Positions 1-12,300 of a stretch of 64,000 bases of DNA are shown one piece after another (positions within the stretch are counted from its first letter, which is position 1; every line of letters begins with the position of its first letter). The DNA comes from Poseidonia sp. (lineage in GTDB: Archaea; Thermoplasmatota; Poseidoniia; Poseidoniales; Poseidoniaceae). Location of the stretch: NCBI GenBank assembly GCA_965661285.1, contig CBFIDD010000002.1:352001-416000 (forward strand), read 5' to 3'. Made by a program: the position numbers and the translations under genes. Under the pieces are notes generated by a model. The model ran no database searches and was not told where the DNA came from. It saw only the letters and a program-made list of their open reading frames with translations.

Positions 1-2
1 AC

Positions 3-701
3 AACGATTTCTTCGGCGATAATCCCGCTGGCGACCGCCCCGATGACTGCCCGACCGTTCGTGGCACCTCCTTCATCGACCGCTTTGGTTGCGAGGACAG
101 CGATGGCGATGGCCTCTCCGATGCCACCCCTGAATGGACGCTTGAACAAGGAGCAGATGCATGTCCCCTGGCTTACGGGAACTCGAGTGCTGACCGAATT
201 GGCTGCGTGGACACCGACGGGGACAACTACTCTGACCCAACACCTGATTATCGTGCAGAAGACGGTGCTGACGCCTATCCACAAGACCCGACGCGCTGGA
301 TTCTCGAACCGGAGGAAGAAGGCGCGCTCTTCGCCTCGAGCAACGTGCTCGTCGGCGGTGGCGTTGGACTCGTGGTGCTTCTCGCCCTGATCGGATTCTT
401 CATGCGTGGACGTCGGCCAAAGAGCGACAACGCTGCTTGGGAGATACCGCCAACCGTCGGAATGCCGGACTTCAACGCTCAACCCGCAGCCATTTCGCCG
501 GGATACGCAGCGCCGGTCGCCATGCCCGACTTCAACGCTCAACCCGCCCAGGCCACTGTGGCTGCTCAACCCGCCTATGCACCGCCCGTGGCACAGCCTG
601 ACCCCGCTCGGGAGTACTACAACAGCCTCATTGCACAGGGGTACCCACACGATGATGCCGTGCGATATACTAAGCAATACTTCAACCAGTTCCACGGTTG
701 A
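3..701 (+). CDS. C-terminal part of a membrane-anchored surface protein with thrombospondin type 3-like Ca-binding repeats (5'-truncated by the window edge)
   Basis: Frame open from base 3: DDCPTVRGTSFIDRFGCEDSDGDGLSD, DACPLAYGNSSADRIGCVDTDGDNYSD, DAYPQDPTRW. Then a TM helix (VLVGGGVGLVVLLALIGFFM), basic stop-transfer residues and a Pro/Ala/Gln tail. Confidence 0.85.
   Translation, partial: NDFFGDNPAGDRPDDCPTVRGTSFIDRFGCEDSDGDGLSDATPEWTLEQGADACPLAYGNSSADRIGCVDTDGDNYSDPTPDYRAEDGADAYPQDPTRWILEPEEEGALFASSNVLVGGGVGLVVLLALIGFFMRGRRPKSDNAAWEIPPTVGMPDFNAQPAAISPGYAAPVAMPDFNAQPAQATVAAQPAYAPPVAQPDPAREYYNSLIAQGYPHDDAVRYTKQYFNQFHG
462..547 (+). repeat. Intragenic 26-nt direct repeat (two copies, 60-nt period) encoding MPDFNAQPA
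   Basis: atgccggacttcaacgctcaacccgc at 462-487 and atgcccgacttcaacgctcaacccgc at 522-547. Confidence 0.9.
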
Positions 702-718
702 TTCGGGAAGGGCAGGCG

Positions 719-2346
<1,628 letters not shown>

Positions 2347-2447
2347 TTACACACCGAGGTGTGTTGCCCCTCCCTAACAAAGTCCCTTTCTAATGGTTGT
2401 CCCTCATTCCTCTCCTCATCAGCCGATTACTGAGAAGAAAAGCGATG

Positions 2448-2891
2448 TCAAAATGAGCACACGGTGAGGTATCGCTCCAAGCGATCCACCCGACGTTGCC
2501 CGTTTTCATCGACCTCGCTCATGGCTCGAATGGATTCCTCGATCAGTGCGTGCTGGTCTTCCTGAAGTCCAATGATTCGACGAAGATGGTCGAGCATCGC
2601 CCATTCATCTTCGCTGATGACATCGTCGTCGAGCGCAGCGATGAGTGCAGACTGATAGGTGGTGGCGTCACCCATGTGATGACCACCGTATTCACTGCCC
2701 TCATCAAACGGCCAATCGACTTCACCCGCCACAACCGCTCGGCACTCCGCCGTATCTGCTGGCGCCACGCCGAGAGCTCCGGCGAGAATCCTGAGAATTT
2801 GGGCCTCATCATCCGTCACGATGGCGTCTTCAAAGGCCACTCGGAGTGTTTCAAGGTAGAGATAGAGACCCCGTGTGGGTTGCAGTGCCAT
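2448..2891 (-). CDS. Hypothetical protein with two internal TerB-like helical repeats
   Basis: YLETLRVAFEDAIVTDDEAQILRILAGALGV and YQSALIAALDDDVISEDEWAMLDHLRRIIGL, both with a DxxxxxxE pattern as in TerB-like domains. Confidence 0.65.
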   Translation of the reverse strand: MALQPTRGLYLYLETLRVAFEDAIVTDDEAQILRILAGALGVAPADTAECRAVVAGEVDWPFDEGSEYGGHHMGDATTYQSALIAALDDDVISEDEWAMLDHLRRIIGLQEDQHALIEESIRAMSEVDENGQRRVDRLERYLTVCSF

Positions 2892-2955
2892 GAATTCACG
2901 TGGAGCAGACTCGTCTTTCAAACTTCTCACCTTGCATCAAGGGTGCGAGGAGAAG

Positions 2956-3007
2956 TTTGTCATACAGGTAAATACAATTTGTCATCATTTAGAATACAAT
3001 TATATAC
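2956..3007 (+). promoter_or_regulatory. 22-bp-period direct repeat (putative operator) abutting the TATA box of the RHH gene
   Basis: TTTGTCAT-N7-AATACAA at 2956-2977 and 2978-2999, followed directly by TTATATAC at 3000-3007. Confidence 0.6.
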
Positions 3008-3042
3008 GGCTTGGTTCAGTCATGAATTACGAGGCCACCAAG

Positions 3043-3414
3043 ATGACCCAGCCAACCAGCGCCGTTTCCCTCCGAATCACGGAGGAAGATCTCGCCCTGC
3101 TGGACGCCCGCATTGGCATGGACGGCGCACGAAGTCGTTCGGACGTGGTGCGTTTGGCCATTCAGGAATTCCTTCACAACCAACCGCTCCTGCACGACAT
3201 GAAGTCCGTTCGTATCCCACTTGGTCGAAACGACCAGGTTCAACTTGGGAAATTGTACGAACTTCAAGGCACAACGCCCGAAATTGCAGCCCAAGAGGGG
3301 TTGAAATTGTACATTGACCAAGCCATTGACAAGATTGTCAACGGCATCAAACTCGATGATGCACTGGAGGCGTCCAGAGCAGCAACGATTCGACGCAACG
3401 AATACCAAGAATGA
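3043..3414 (+). CDS. Ribbon-helix-helix (CopG/CdrS-like) regulator with two RHH-like units
   Basis: SAVSLRITEEDLALLD...SRSDVVRLAIQEFL is a canonical RHH; a second unit KSVRIPLGRND...AAQEGLKLYI follows. Start chosen from TATA spacing. Confidence 0.8.
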   Translation: MTQPTSAVSLRITEEDLALLDARIGMDGARSRSDVVRLAIQEFLHNQPLLHDMKSVRIPLGRNDQVQLGKLYELQGTTPEIAAQEGLKLYIDQAIDKIVNGIKLDDALEASRAATIRRNEYQE

Positions 3415-3458
3415 ATTGGTGAGAGACTGGAGGGGATGGGATGAATTGGCAAAACTCG

Positions 3459-3711
3459 GGCTACAACCTTGGTGATGCCACCCTTGGAGTTGTGCAGGAC
3501 CGGCCTGTCCTGCAGAGCTTTGTCTCGTTGTGTCAGCGTGCCCGTCGTGCGCGCCTTGGCCTTGGTTCCCACAACCAAACAACCCCACACACCTCCCTGG
3601 ACGACGGCCAGGGAGACCCTGATTCCACTCCCGTCAGTTGACGCGGTGGTTCCCCGTGCCCAGCCCCCACACTTCTGGGCACATTGATTCCAGACAGTCA
3701 AGCCTGTAACC
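3459..3711 (-). ncRNA. Candidate structured non-coding RNA (strand uncertain; minus favoured)
   Basis: 12/13-bp closing stem, three perfect 8-bp hairpins, three smaller hairpins and complementary 7-nt loops (see findings). Confidence 0.5.
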
Positions 3712-3744
3712 TCCATGCGAATCCTTTAGGAGGGTCGCCGCAGG

Positions 3745-5865
3745 ATGCTTGATATGAACGAGCAGGAAGAACAGGTGGACGCATCCACCTATCCATTTCT
3801 TGCTCATGCCAATCCCCGACCTGGTCAACTAGAAATGATACAAGACGGCATCAAAGCGCTCCAAAACGGAGGCTACCATCTGGCAGCGGCGCCAACAGGT
3901 ATCGGAAAAACCGCTGCTTCGTTGGCCGCGGCCCTCGAAGTGGCCAGTCAACAACCGCAGAAGAAAACCGTGTTTTTCCTCACCTCCCGCCAAACACAGC
4001 ACCGCATCGTTGTGGATACCGTTCGCCGTATCAACCAGCGAAGAAAGGGCACGATGCCCGTTCGATTGGTCGACATGGTCGGTCAAGCCGGCATGTGCGT
4101 CCAACCCTTCGCCAAAGAATCCCCGTTGGTGTTCTCCCTCCTGTGCAGCCAAGCCAGAAAAACACGTTCGTGCAAGCCGTGGATCACATCGGCACCCGGG
4201 CTGAAGGAGCGAATATTGGCCTCGCCCCTTCATGTTGACGAACTGGTCGACATCGCCCGAACACACACGGCCAACGGCGAGCCTGCCCAAACCTGCCCGT
4301 GGAAAGCGGCTCGAGAAGCCGTGAGCGGCGCTGATGTCTTTGTTGGCGATTACAATCACCTCTTTGATGACGGTGTTCGGGAATCCAGCCTCAAAGCGAT
4401 GGACCTTGACCTCAGCGACATCATCATCGTCGTTGATGAAGCACACAATCTCCCGGACCGTATCCGAATGACGCTGGAGAAACGACTGACAAGAACCATG
4501 ATTCGAAATTCCCAGATGGAATTGGAGGAATACGCCGGCATGCTCGCACAAGCCATGAATGCTCCTGGAGGTGAAGCGCTCTCAATGGCGCACGGTCTTG
4601 CTTCTTGGGCGTTTGAGGTGATCAAAGCCTCACGTGTCGGATTCGATGCGCTTTTTTCCCAGTACCTACGAAACCTCTCGGGTCAAGACGAAGAGGCTGA
4701 GGTGAGCGTGGACGAGGTACTCAATGTCTTTCACCGTGCGTGCGATAGGGTGGAAGGGAAGGCTGGACAACAGCAACTCAACGCCCCGACCTCGTCCAAA
4801 CATCCGGTTGTCGACGTGGCCGTACGCATCCACCAACTTCGAGATGTTTTGGCAAGCGTTGACGTGGATATGGAGGCCGGTGATGACGGCAACCCGATGG
4901 AGCCCAATGCCCACAGGGTTGCCGAGATTCTCGATTGCATGGTGAAATACGGTTCAACCCCAGCCCTGACCATGATTTACGACACCAAAGGGAAAGACGG
5001 GCGAATCACCACCCACCTCCTCGACCCCGGTTTGGTCTCAAAGCCCGTCTTCGAACAGTCAGCAGGAGCCATGCTGATGTCTGGCACACTCTATCCACCC
5101 AGCATGTACGCCAACATCTTGGCCCTCCCGAGTTCCTCTACCACGTCGGTTGCCTACCGGTCACCTTTCGCCGCCATGCGAAGACCGGTGCTCGTTGCGA
5201 AGAACGTGACGACAAAGTACACCGAGCGTGGGCCCGAAAACACCCGGGCCATTCGAGCACACATTCAATCCCTCATCGATGCTTCACCCGGCAACGTGGC
5301 CGTGTTTGCCCCCTCTTACGCGATGCTCAACGATGTCGTTCTTGAAGGGCATTTTACGGGGGCACGCATCATGGCCGAAAGCAGAGAATGGACCAAACAA
5401 GATTTGGACCAGGTGGTTGACACGTTGCTTGAGGAAAAGCGGAGCGGAAGAAAGATTCTCCTCGCTGGCGTATTTGGTGCTCGGCTCTCAGAAGGCGTGG
5501 ACTACCACAGCGGAGCTCTTGACGCCGTGGCGTGTATTGGCATCCCAAACTCACCACCCTCTGTTCTCTCCAAGGCGCTGAAAACCTACGCAGAAGACCG
5601 TTTCGGACGAAATTTGGCCTGGCGATACACGGTGTCGCAGCCGGCTGTGAACGCCATCCTGCAAGCCATGGGCCGTCCCATCCGCTCCATTGGTGACCGC
5701 GCCCTGATTCTGCTGTTGGACCGCCGCGTTACCGACCGAACCTATGCCGGGTGTTTCCCGTCGGACTTACGTATGAACGATGCAAGCGACCATGACTCAA
5801 CACGCCATTTCGCTCGACGCTTTTTCACAAAAGTTCACCCGGACCGCTCGCTGGAAAGCGAATGA
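3745..5865 (+). CDS. XPD/Rad3/DinG-family FeS DNA helicase
   Basis: Q motif RPGQ, Walker A APTGIGKT, four FeS Cys (GMC, LLC, RSC, TCPW), DEAH, SGTL, SEGVD, QAMGRPIR. Confidence 0.93.
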   Translation: MLDMNEQEEQVDASTYPFLAHANPRPGQLEMIQDGIKALQNGGYHLAAAPTGIGKTAASLAAALEVASQQPQKKTVFFLTSRQTQHRIVVDTVRRINQRRKGTMPVRLVDMVGQAGMCVQPFAKESPLVFSLLCSQARKTRSCKPWITSAPGLKERILASPLHVDELVDIARTHTANGEPAQTCPWKAAREAVSGADVFVGDYNHLFDDGVRESSLKAMDLDLSDIIIVVDEAHNLPDRIRMTLEKRLTRTMIRNSQMELEEYAGMLAQAMNAPGGEALSMAHGLASWAFEVIKASRVGFDALFSQYLRNLSGQDEEAEVSVDEVLNVFHRACDRVEGKAGQQQLNAPTSSKHPVVDVAVRIHQLRDVLASVDVDMEAGDDGNPMEPNAHRVAEILDCMVKYGSTPALTMIYDTKGKDGRITTHLLDPGLVSKPVFEQSAGAMLMSGTLYPPSMYANILALPSSSTTSVAYRSPFAAMRRPVLVAKNVTTKYTERGPENTRAIRAHIQSLIDASPGNVAVFAPSYAMLNDVVLEGHFTGARIMAESREWTKQDLDQVVDTLLEEKRSGRKILLAGVFGARLSEGVDYHSGALDAVACIGIPNSPPSVLSKALKTYAEDRFGRNLAWRYTVSQPAVNAILQAMGRPIRSIGDRALILLLDRRVTDRTYAGCFPSDLRMNDASDHDSTRHFARRFFTKVHPDRSLESE

Positions 5866-6377
5866 TGTCTGTCCGAAGGTTCATGTGGGCTCGTCCGTTG
5901 CAAAAGCCCATGGACAATTGGCAACCGCTGGACATCACCACTGAGGATACGCCCTCCACGCCCCTTGAACCGGCCATTGATGGCCTCGAAACCGACGCTG
6001 CAAACCTCCAAGCAGCCTTTGAAACATCGAGTTCACATCTTGATGAAGTCCGAGCCCGCCACACCGAGGTGCTCGTCACCGCCGGTATGCTTCCCGAAAC
6101 GGGATTGGCCGACCGCCACCCTGAGCGAGCCTTGGCTTGGATTGTTGAAAGCATCAACGGCCGCATGAACCCGGACGGCCTCACCGTACCGCTGCTGGGA
6201 ACGACCGAGGAAGCCATTCGACTTCATGTGAAGAATACCGAAGACGCCACGCTGGTGAAGTTGGACATTCACGACCCGAACGGACCGCCCTTGCTCCGTG
6301 AACTCCCGCTGCCTGTTGAAGCCAGCGAAACGCTTCAAGCCACCTTTGTTGAGGGCAGGCTCCACCTTCGTTGGTGA
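5862..6377 (+). CDS. Hypothetical protein, possibly with a divergent alpha-crystallin/HSP20-like C-terminus
   Basis: ATGA overlap with the helicase stop; C-terminal RELPLP...QATFVEGRLHL resembles the RxxxLP...AxYxNGxLxI motif. Confidence 0.55.
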   Translation: MMSVRRFMWARPLQKPMDNWQPLDITTEDTPSTPLEPAIDGLETDAANLQAAFETSSSHLDEVRARHTEVLVTAGMLPETGLADRHPERALAWIVESINGRMNPDGLTVPLLGTTEEAIRLHVKNTEDATLVKLDIHDPNGPPLLRELPLPVEASETLQATFVEGRLHLRW

Positions 6378-6394
6378 ACCGCGCCCTTCGCATC

Positions 6395-9300
6395 TCACCG
6401 CTGCGGGATGGCTTGCATTTGAGCGATTTCACCGCTCATTCGCGTCAGTGCTTGGACAGCGACCTCTTGGTGTTGAGGGCCCATCTCTTCTCGACTGTAC
6501 CGGGCCATCTCAAACGTGTTGTCGAGGGCGGTCAGAGCATCCTCTGACACGCCCTGCAGCGCTTGGCGGATGGCGAATTCGAATTCCCGAACGGTTTCGA
6601 AGTCACGTCGGAGGAAGCCACGCTGCTGCAGCAGACCGCAGAGGTCCTGATAGCAGGTGAAGATGGCTTCTCGTGTTGCATCCCCGGCCGCCAACAACTC
6701 GGCGGTGTAAGCGAAGACCTCGGCCGCATCCTTGAGCAGGTCGTCGGCGAGTTGCTTTCGTCGGTACATCACGACGCCACCGGCGATGAGCGCGGCGAGC
6801 GCAAGCACGAGGAGGTAGGACCACCACGGTGTTTCCGCTTGTTCTTCTGCAAATTCGTATTGCACAGCAAAGCCTTCACTTCGCAGTGATTCAAAGCCCT
6901 GAAGGCTTTGGGCTGAAAGGCGAGGATCGTTCACGATGATATCCATGGTCAACTGGCCCCAAACATCAGCATCGCCGTATGGCGGGTCAGCATCGAACAC
7001 AAAGGTGGCTTTCCCGGTTTCATCGGTTTGAGCACCACGGTTGGCGAGTTGGGATTGGTTGGCATCGTAGAGATAAATGACAACATCAATCCCCGGCAAG
7101 CCCGTACCCGTATCTTCGGCGATAACGGTGAGGGAACCGCCCACGTCTTCTTGTTCGTCCTCAACCACCTCGAGGAGGTCTACGGTGATGACGGCGTCGA
7201 CCTGTACAAACACCGTTTGACTGATGCTGGCAGCGTTGAGGTAAAGGGAATCGTTTCGAGCGACGTCAAGGAAGAAATACTGCGAACCGACTTCGAGCCA
7301 ATACGGCGCCGTTGCGGTCAGCGAGAAGTTTCCGTTTGACCACACGACGCTGCTCTCTGTGAAGCAGCGTGCTCCTTCCCGACCACCCTCACAATCCGAA
7401 CCGTTCCCAATGCTCAGCAGGAGGTTCTCAAAGACCTCACCTGAGCCTCCGATCTCCTGCACAGAACCCGAATAGAAGACGGGTTCAAACACACTATCAG
7501 AGCGGGTGACGACGTTCGTGTTTGAAGTTGGGTCGACTTGAATCAACAGGTCAGCCCATACCCGAACACTGCTTTCTACGTCGGCTGGAAGATGCGCCTG
7601 CGTCCCTCCAAAGACCACGCCGATGGTGTGTTCGCCCCGGGACAAGTCCATGGTTGCAGGCACCGTTGCGCTCCACGCACCATCAGCACCGGTGGTGGTC
7701 GTGAAGAGCGTGTTTCCGTCGAGTTGGACGAGCAATTCGAATCCGACCAAACCGTCGCGGTCAACGGTGTCGAAGTCGTACAGGCGGCCACTCAATTCCC
7801 ATGTGTCGCCACGGGTGGCATCAATACCATCGTCGAACACCAAGGTGACCCATGAACGATGGGAGAGGAAGAACGAGACGTTTCCTTCCCCGGCACGGTA
7901 ATATCCTTGTGGGGGTGATTCTGCGAACAAGGTTCTGTTCCCGAAGTCAAAGATGTCGGGAACGACCCAGTCATAGGTGAACGCACCGTTTTGGTCGGTG
8001 GTCAAGGTGGAGATGACGATGCCTTCCACGACCAGTTGAACTTCGTGGTTTGCAACGCCCACGAGTTGATTGTCAACCACCGAACCGGTGATGGTCACGG
8101 TTTGGTTCACCGCCACCGGCGAGGAAATATCCACCGTTACGAGGACTGGACTGAAGATTTCCCACAAACCACTGGCGTTGCTGGGGAGGTAAGCCACGGT
8201 CCCGGTGAATCGGGTTTCCAGAACCACTGGACCAAGCGGAGCGTCTGCGGGCACAGGATGGACCGCAGAAAACTCGCCAAGTTCGTCCGTCGTCGTGTTG
8301 GTCAGCCACTGACCACCCAGCCATACCTCGATGGTCAGGTTCGGTAGCGGGTTGTCAACCACATCGAGAAGACGGCCTTGGATGGTGATCGTTGTTTCTC
8401 GGTCGGCATCGCCTGTTGCGGTCAACAGGAGAATCTTCGTGGGTACGCTAACGTTGAATTCCACCATCGCAGAGCTGGGTTGGTAGTATTCGGGATTGTT
8501 GGTGTCCCCGTAGCCGACAGGGTCAACCCATTCACGACCACCACGGAACTCCACCGAGATTTGGTGGGGACCTGCAGCCGTGTCTTCTGGGAGCGCGTAC
8601 GAAAGGGTGTATGCACCCGAGATGTTGTCCGTTTCAATGCTGGCAACGGGAACGCCATCGATGAGAAGGTGCACCACGGCAGTGGAAGGTACACCGTTTC
8701 GTTGCAAGACCAAGCCCAGGTCGTCCAACAGCGTGCCGTTCACGACCAACATGTCGCCAGCCACCAGCACCGTTGGTGCTTCGGTGATGGTAACCTCGGT
8801 CGCACCGAGGACGACAAAGGACGAACTGGCGTTGGTTCCAATGATGCCCGTGGTGCCGGCGATTCCGGTGTAGTCCGCATGGATGCCGGTCGGGCCGACG
8901 CTCATGTTGGCTGGGACGGTCAGGTTGCCCCAAGCAGAACCGTTGGAAGCCGTCAAGACCGTGATTTGGACGGGTGAAGCATCGTTCAGCGTCGCCGTGA
9001 GCGAGACGAGGACGCTTTGATTAGCCAGCGGGAGGCCTTGGTTGTCCCGGAGGAGAATCGAGAACTCAACGATGTCTCCCCTTTCGGTTCGGTCGTTCAA
9101 CGAGGGTTGACCGATACCGTCAAGTGCGGGGAGAATGAAATTCATGACCGAGAACCCACGAGAATCGAACGAGGTGTTGTTGGTCGAGCCAACGTAATAG
9201 TTGACACTCGGGATGTAGGTGGCTTCCATCACGTGGCTACCAGCGGCGAAGGTTTCACTGAGGCGAATCGTGGCGTTCCAATACCCATCAGCACCGACGG

Positions 9301-12300
9301 CACCGCCTGTGGCGGTGAAGCCAGTCGGTTGGCCGTCAATGGAGAACAACACGTTGGCGTTCGCCAAGACGGAGTTGTCCCGCTCAACCAGTCCCGAGCC
9401 GTTGTCGGAGGTGATTTGCCCGCTGATGTTGAAGGAGGTTCCTGCAACGGGGTTGGCTGCGATGCTGTCAACGACCATGAAAGTCAACGAGCGCACGGTG
9501 ATGCTGGTCAGGTTGGCGCTGGTTGAAAGGAGGTCGGTGGAACCGTTGAACACCATCTGAACCACGATGAGGCCCAGAGGATGGTCATAGGGCACGTTGT
9601 AGGTGAAGTTGGCAAACCCTTCTCCGTCCGTGGTTTGTGGCAGGAGCCATGTTTCGTGGAATTGCAGCGCCACCTCGTAATTCGAGAGAGGAGTAAACAA
9701 GTCTGAGGCTTCGACAAGTTGCGCTGACATGTTGATGTCGTTTCCACGGTTGATGACCACGGCATTCAACGGCTGGAGGTTCTCGAGGCGAGAGACGCCC
9801 ATGACCTGGATGGGCGATTGCGCCGTGGCGGTGAGATAGAACGGCGAGGACTCGTTGACGACGGTGACCACCAGCGTGTGCGGGCCACGGGTCGTACCGT
9901 TGCCGGCCGTGTCGGTTGGCACGGTCATGTTGAAACTCCCGTTGTTGGTTGTGGCGTAGTTGCTCAAGAGCAACTCTTCGGGGTTTTCTAGCCAGAACAC
10001 GTTCAGCCTGACGGCGGAAATGAGTGGACGGGTTGCGTTCTCAGCGTCTTCAACCTGCCCGACGACGTTGAACGGGACGCCTGCCGTTACCGTACTTGGC
10101 ACAGAGATGAGCGAGATATCGCTGGTGACTTGCACGGTCACGTTGATCACAGTCAAATTACCGTAGCGGCGCGAGTTACCTTCACTAAGAGCTGCTGTGA
10201 GGTCGTCCTGAACAACGATGCCGACGTCGTAGAACCCGGGTGCAATGCCCGACGGTGTGAAGTCGAACGTGGAGTTTCCTTCGCCGTTTGAGACCACCGT
10301 TCCAAGGCTTTGGTTTGACTTACCGTAATCCCAGACATAGTCAACGCTTGCTCCGCTGATGTTGGAGTTGTCCGCAATGTCGGTGATCTTCGCCGTGAAT
10401 GAAACCGTGTTGTTCATCTCCACGATGTAGGATGAGCGTTCGGCCTCCACCACAACCTCGGTGATGATCCCACCCAGCGTGGATATTTGTGCTGGGGGTG
10501 CAGGGGGGACGGACGTATCCACAAAGGCGTAGTATGCGCCGCCCGCAGGCGCTTGACTGACGAAGTCAAAGTCAAGAATGAATTCATAAGCGTCTGAACG
10601 GAGGTTCATCGGCATCCTGATAGGGATATCAAAGGCACCTGTGCTGTTGTTCAAGGTTGATTGCGCGATGTCGATGGGCCCTTGTTCGGTGAACAGGCTG
10701 ACACTGATGAGCGTGGTGTTGTTGAGGACCGGCGTGAGATAGACCGCATCAAAAACATCGCCGACAAGTCGGGTCGAGTTGCCCATGAATGTCCAATCCT
10801 GCCCGATGGAAAGATTCCATCCGATGTTGGCCATGACACGTAGGGAACCGAGTCCAATTGAGGGTTGGTAAAACGATGAACCGTTGAAGGAGATGCCGAT
10901 GGGGTAGTCGCCCGAGCGTAGGTTGGCATCGAGAGGGATCACAATTTCCAACACATCGGTTTCCGGATCCACGGTGGTGTTGAACCACGACCCATTGAAG
11001 GTGAAATCGTAATTGCCGAAGATTTCAACGCCGGCGCCCACGCCCCGATGGTCGTTGATCTGCACACTGACAAAAGCATCCTGTCCACGCACCTGTGATG
11101 ACTCCTGGACCTCAAACGTCAGCAAGCCTCGGAGGAAGTACGGGGGGTCGACCGTCAAGTTAGCGTCGTCCGTTGCTGGCAGCGTTGAGGGGAAGAAACG
11201 CAATCGCGTCTCGATAGCGCCGGCTGCTACACCAACGTTGGTTGGCATGGGATACTGAACGGTGAAATTCCCGGTGACACTTTGATTGAACAACTCCACC
11301 CAAACATTTCCGGAATCCAAGGCCCGAATGGCAAACTGTAGGTTCCCTGTCAGAGCCGTTGGCGTTGGGCCGAGGGACAGGGCACTTCCGTTCACCCAAA
11401 CGTCATCACCGAGGAGGAAAACGCTCCTGTTGCTGGTCAGAGGACCTTCGATGGTGGCCGTTAGATTTGGGGCCTCGGTGACGTTGAAGGTAATTGAGGT
11501 CGTGGTCGGGTTGAGATGGAAGAGAGCGGGTGTTGAACCTGGAACGGAGGCATCTTGCCAGCCTGAGAATCCAAGGGTCGCCGATAACGGACCGAGCGTC
11601 TCGGCCTCGCTCAAGTTGATCGAGATGCTCCAGGAGCCACTGATGTCGGTTTGTGCAGTGAGATTTTGCGCTCCGTCAACTGAAGAAGTGTACGACAGCC
11701 ACACGGTTTGATTTGGCAGATTGGAGATTTCATCAATCGGTTCATTCGCCAGAGCCAAGCGGCCCTCGAGAACGGTTGTGGCGCCCGCGCCGACAACCGG
11801 GGTGTTGATGGCCAAGGGTGCGGTGTGGACGATGGTGGTGTTCTCGGTCAAATTGACGTAGCCTTCGAAAATAACGCCATCATGCGAAACATAACCGGAT
11901 TGACGGTGTTCGATGACGATGTTGTGCATACCGGGTGCACTGGGTGCGTCGGGGAAGCCGATCATGCTGAAATTGCCGTTGGGGTCAGTGATGTTTTCCT
12001 CAAGCAGGAGTGAAAGGTCAGCGCCTGGACCAGGGACAAAGGGTGCATCACTTACGGGTGAGAGGTAAGCGAACACACGAATATTGGATGCCGGAGTGCC
12101 GTTGGCGGCATACCTCAACTGCCCTGACACCGAGATGCTCTCGGTACCGTCCCGAGCAACGGTGAACGTTGAGATGGTTTGGTTAACGACCTCGATCTCC
12201 TCAGCTGGTGGGCACGGGTCAAAGGCAATCCATCCGAGGTCGGTGTTTCCGTTGGCGCTGTTTTGCTGCAGTCGAACCTCCGACCACGTGGCGGCGTCCG

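Noticed and set aside
3441-3641. 66-aa plus-strand ORF with a GGAGG upstream, and the 150-aa minus-strand ORF 3264-3716
   Set aside because: No recognisable domain; the minus ORF overlaps the RHH gene; dense base pairing explains the region better. The 66-aa ORF is not fully excluded.
3459-3711. Identification as RNase P RNA, SRP RNA or a cobalamin riboswitch
   Set aside because: Only fragmentary resemblances (GGGGAACCACC / GGUGGC, CCUGUAACC, GCCAGGGAGACC), on inconsistent strands or positions; the core motifs are missing.
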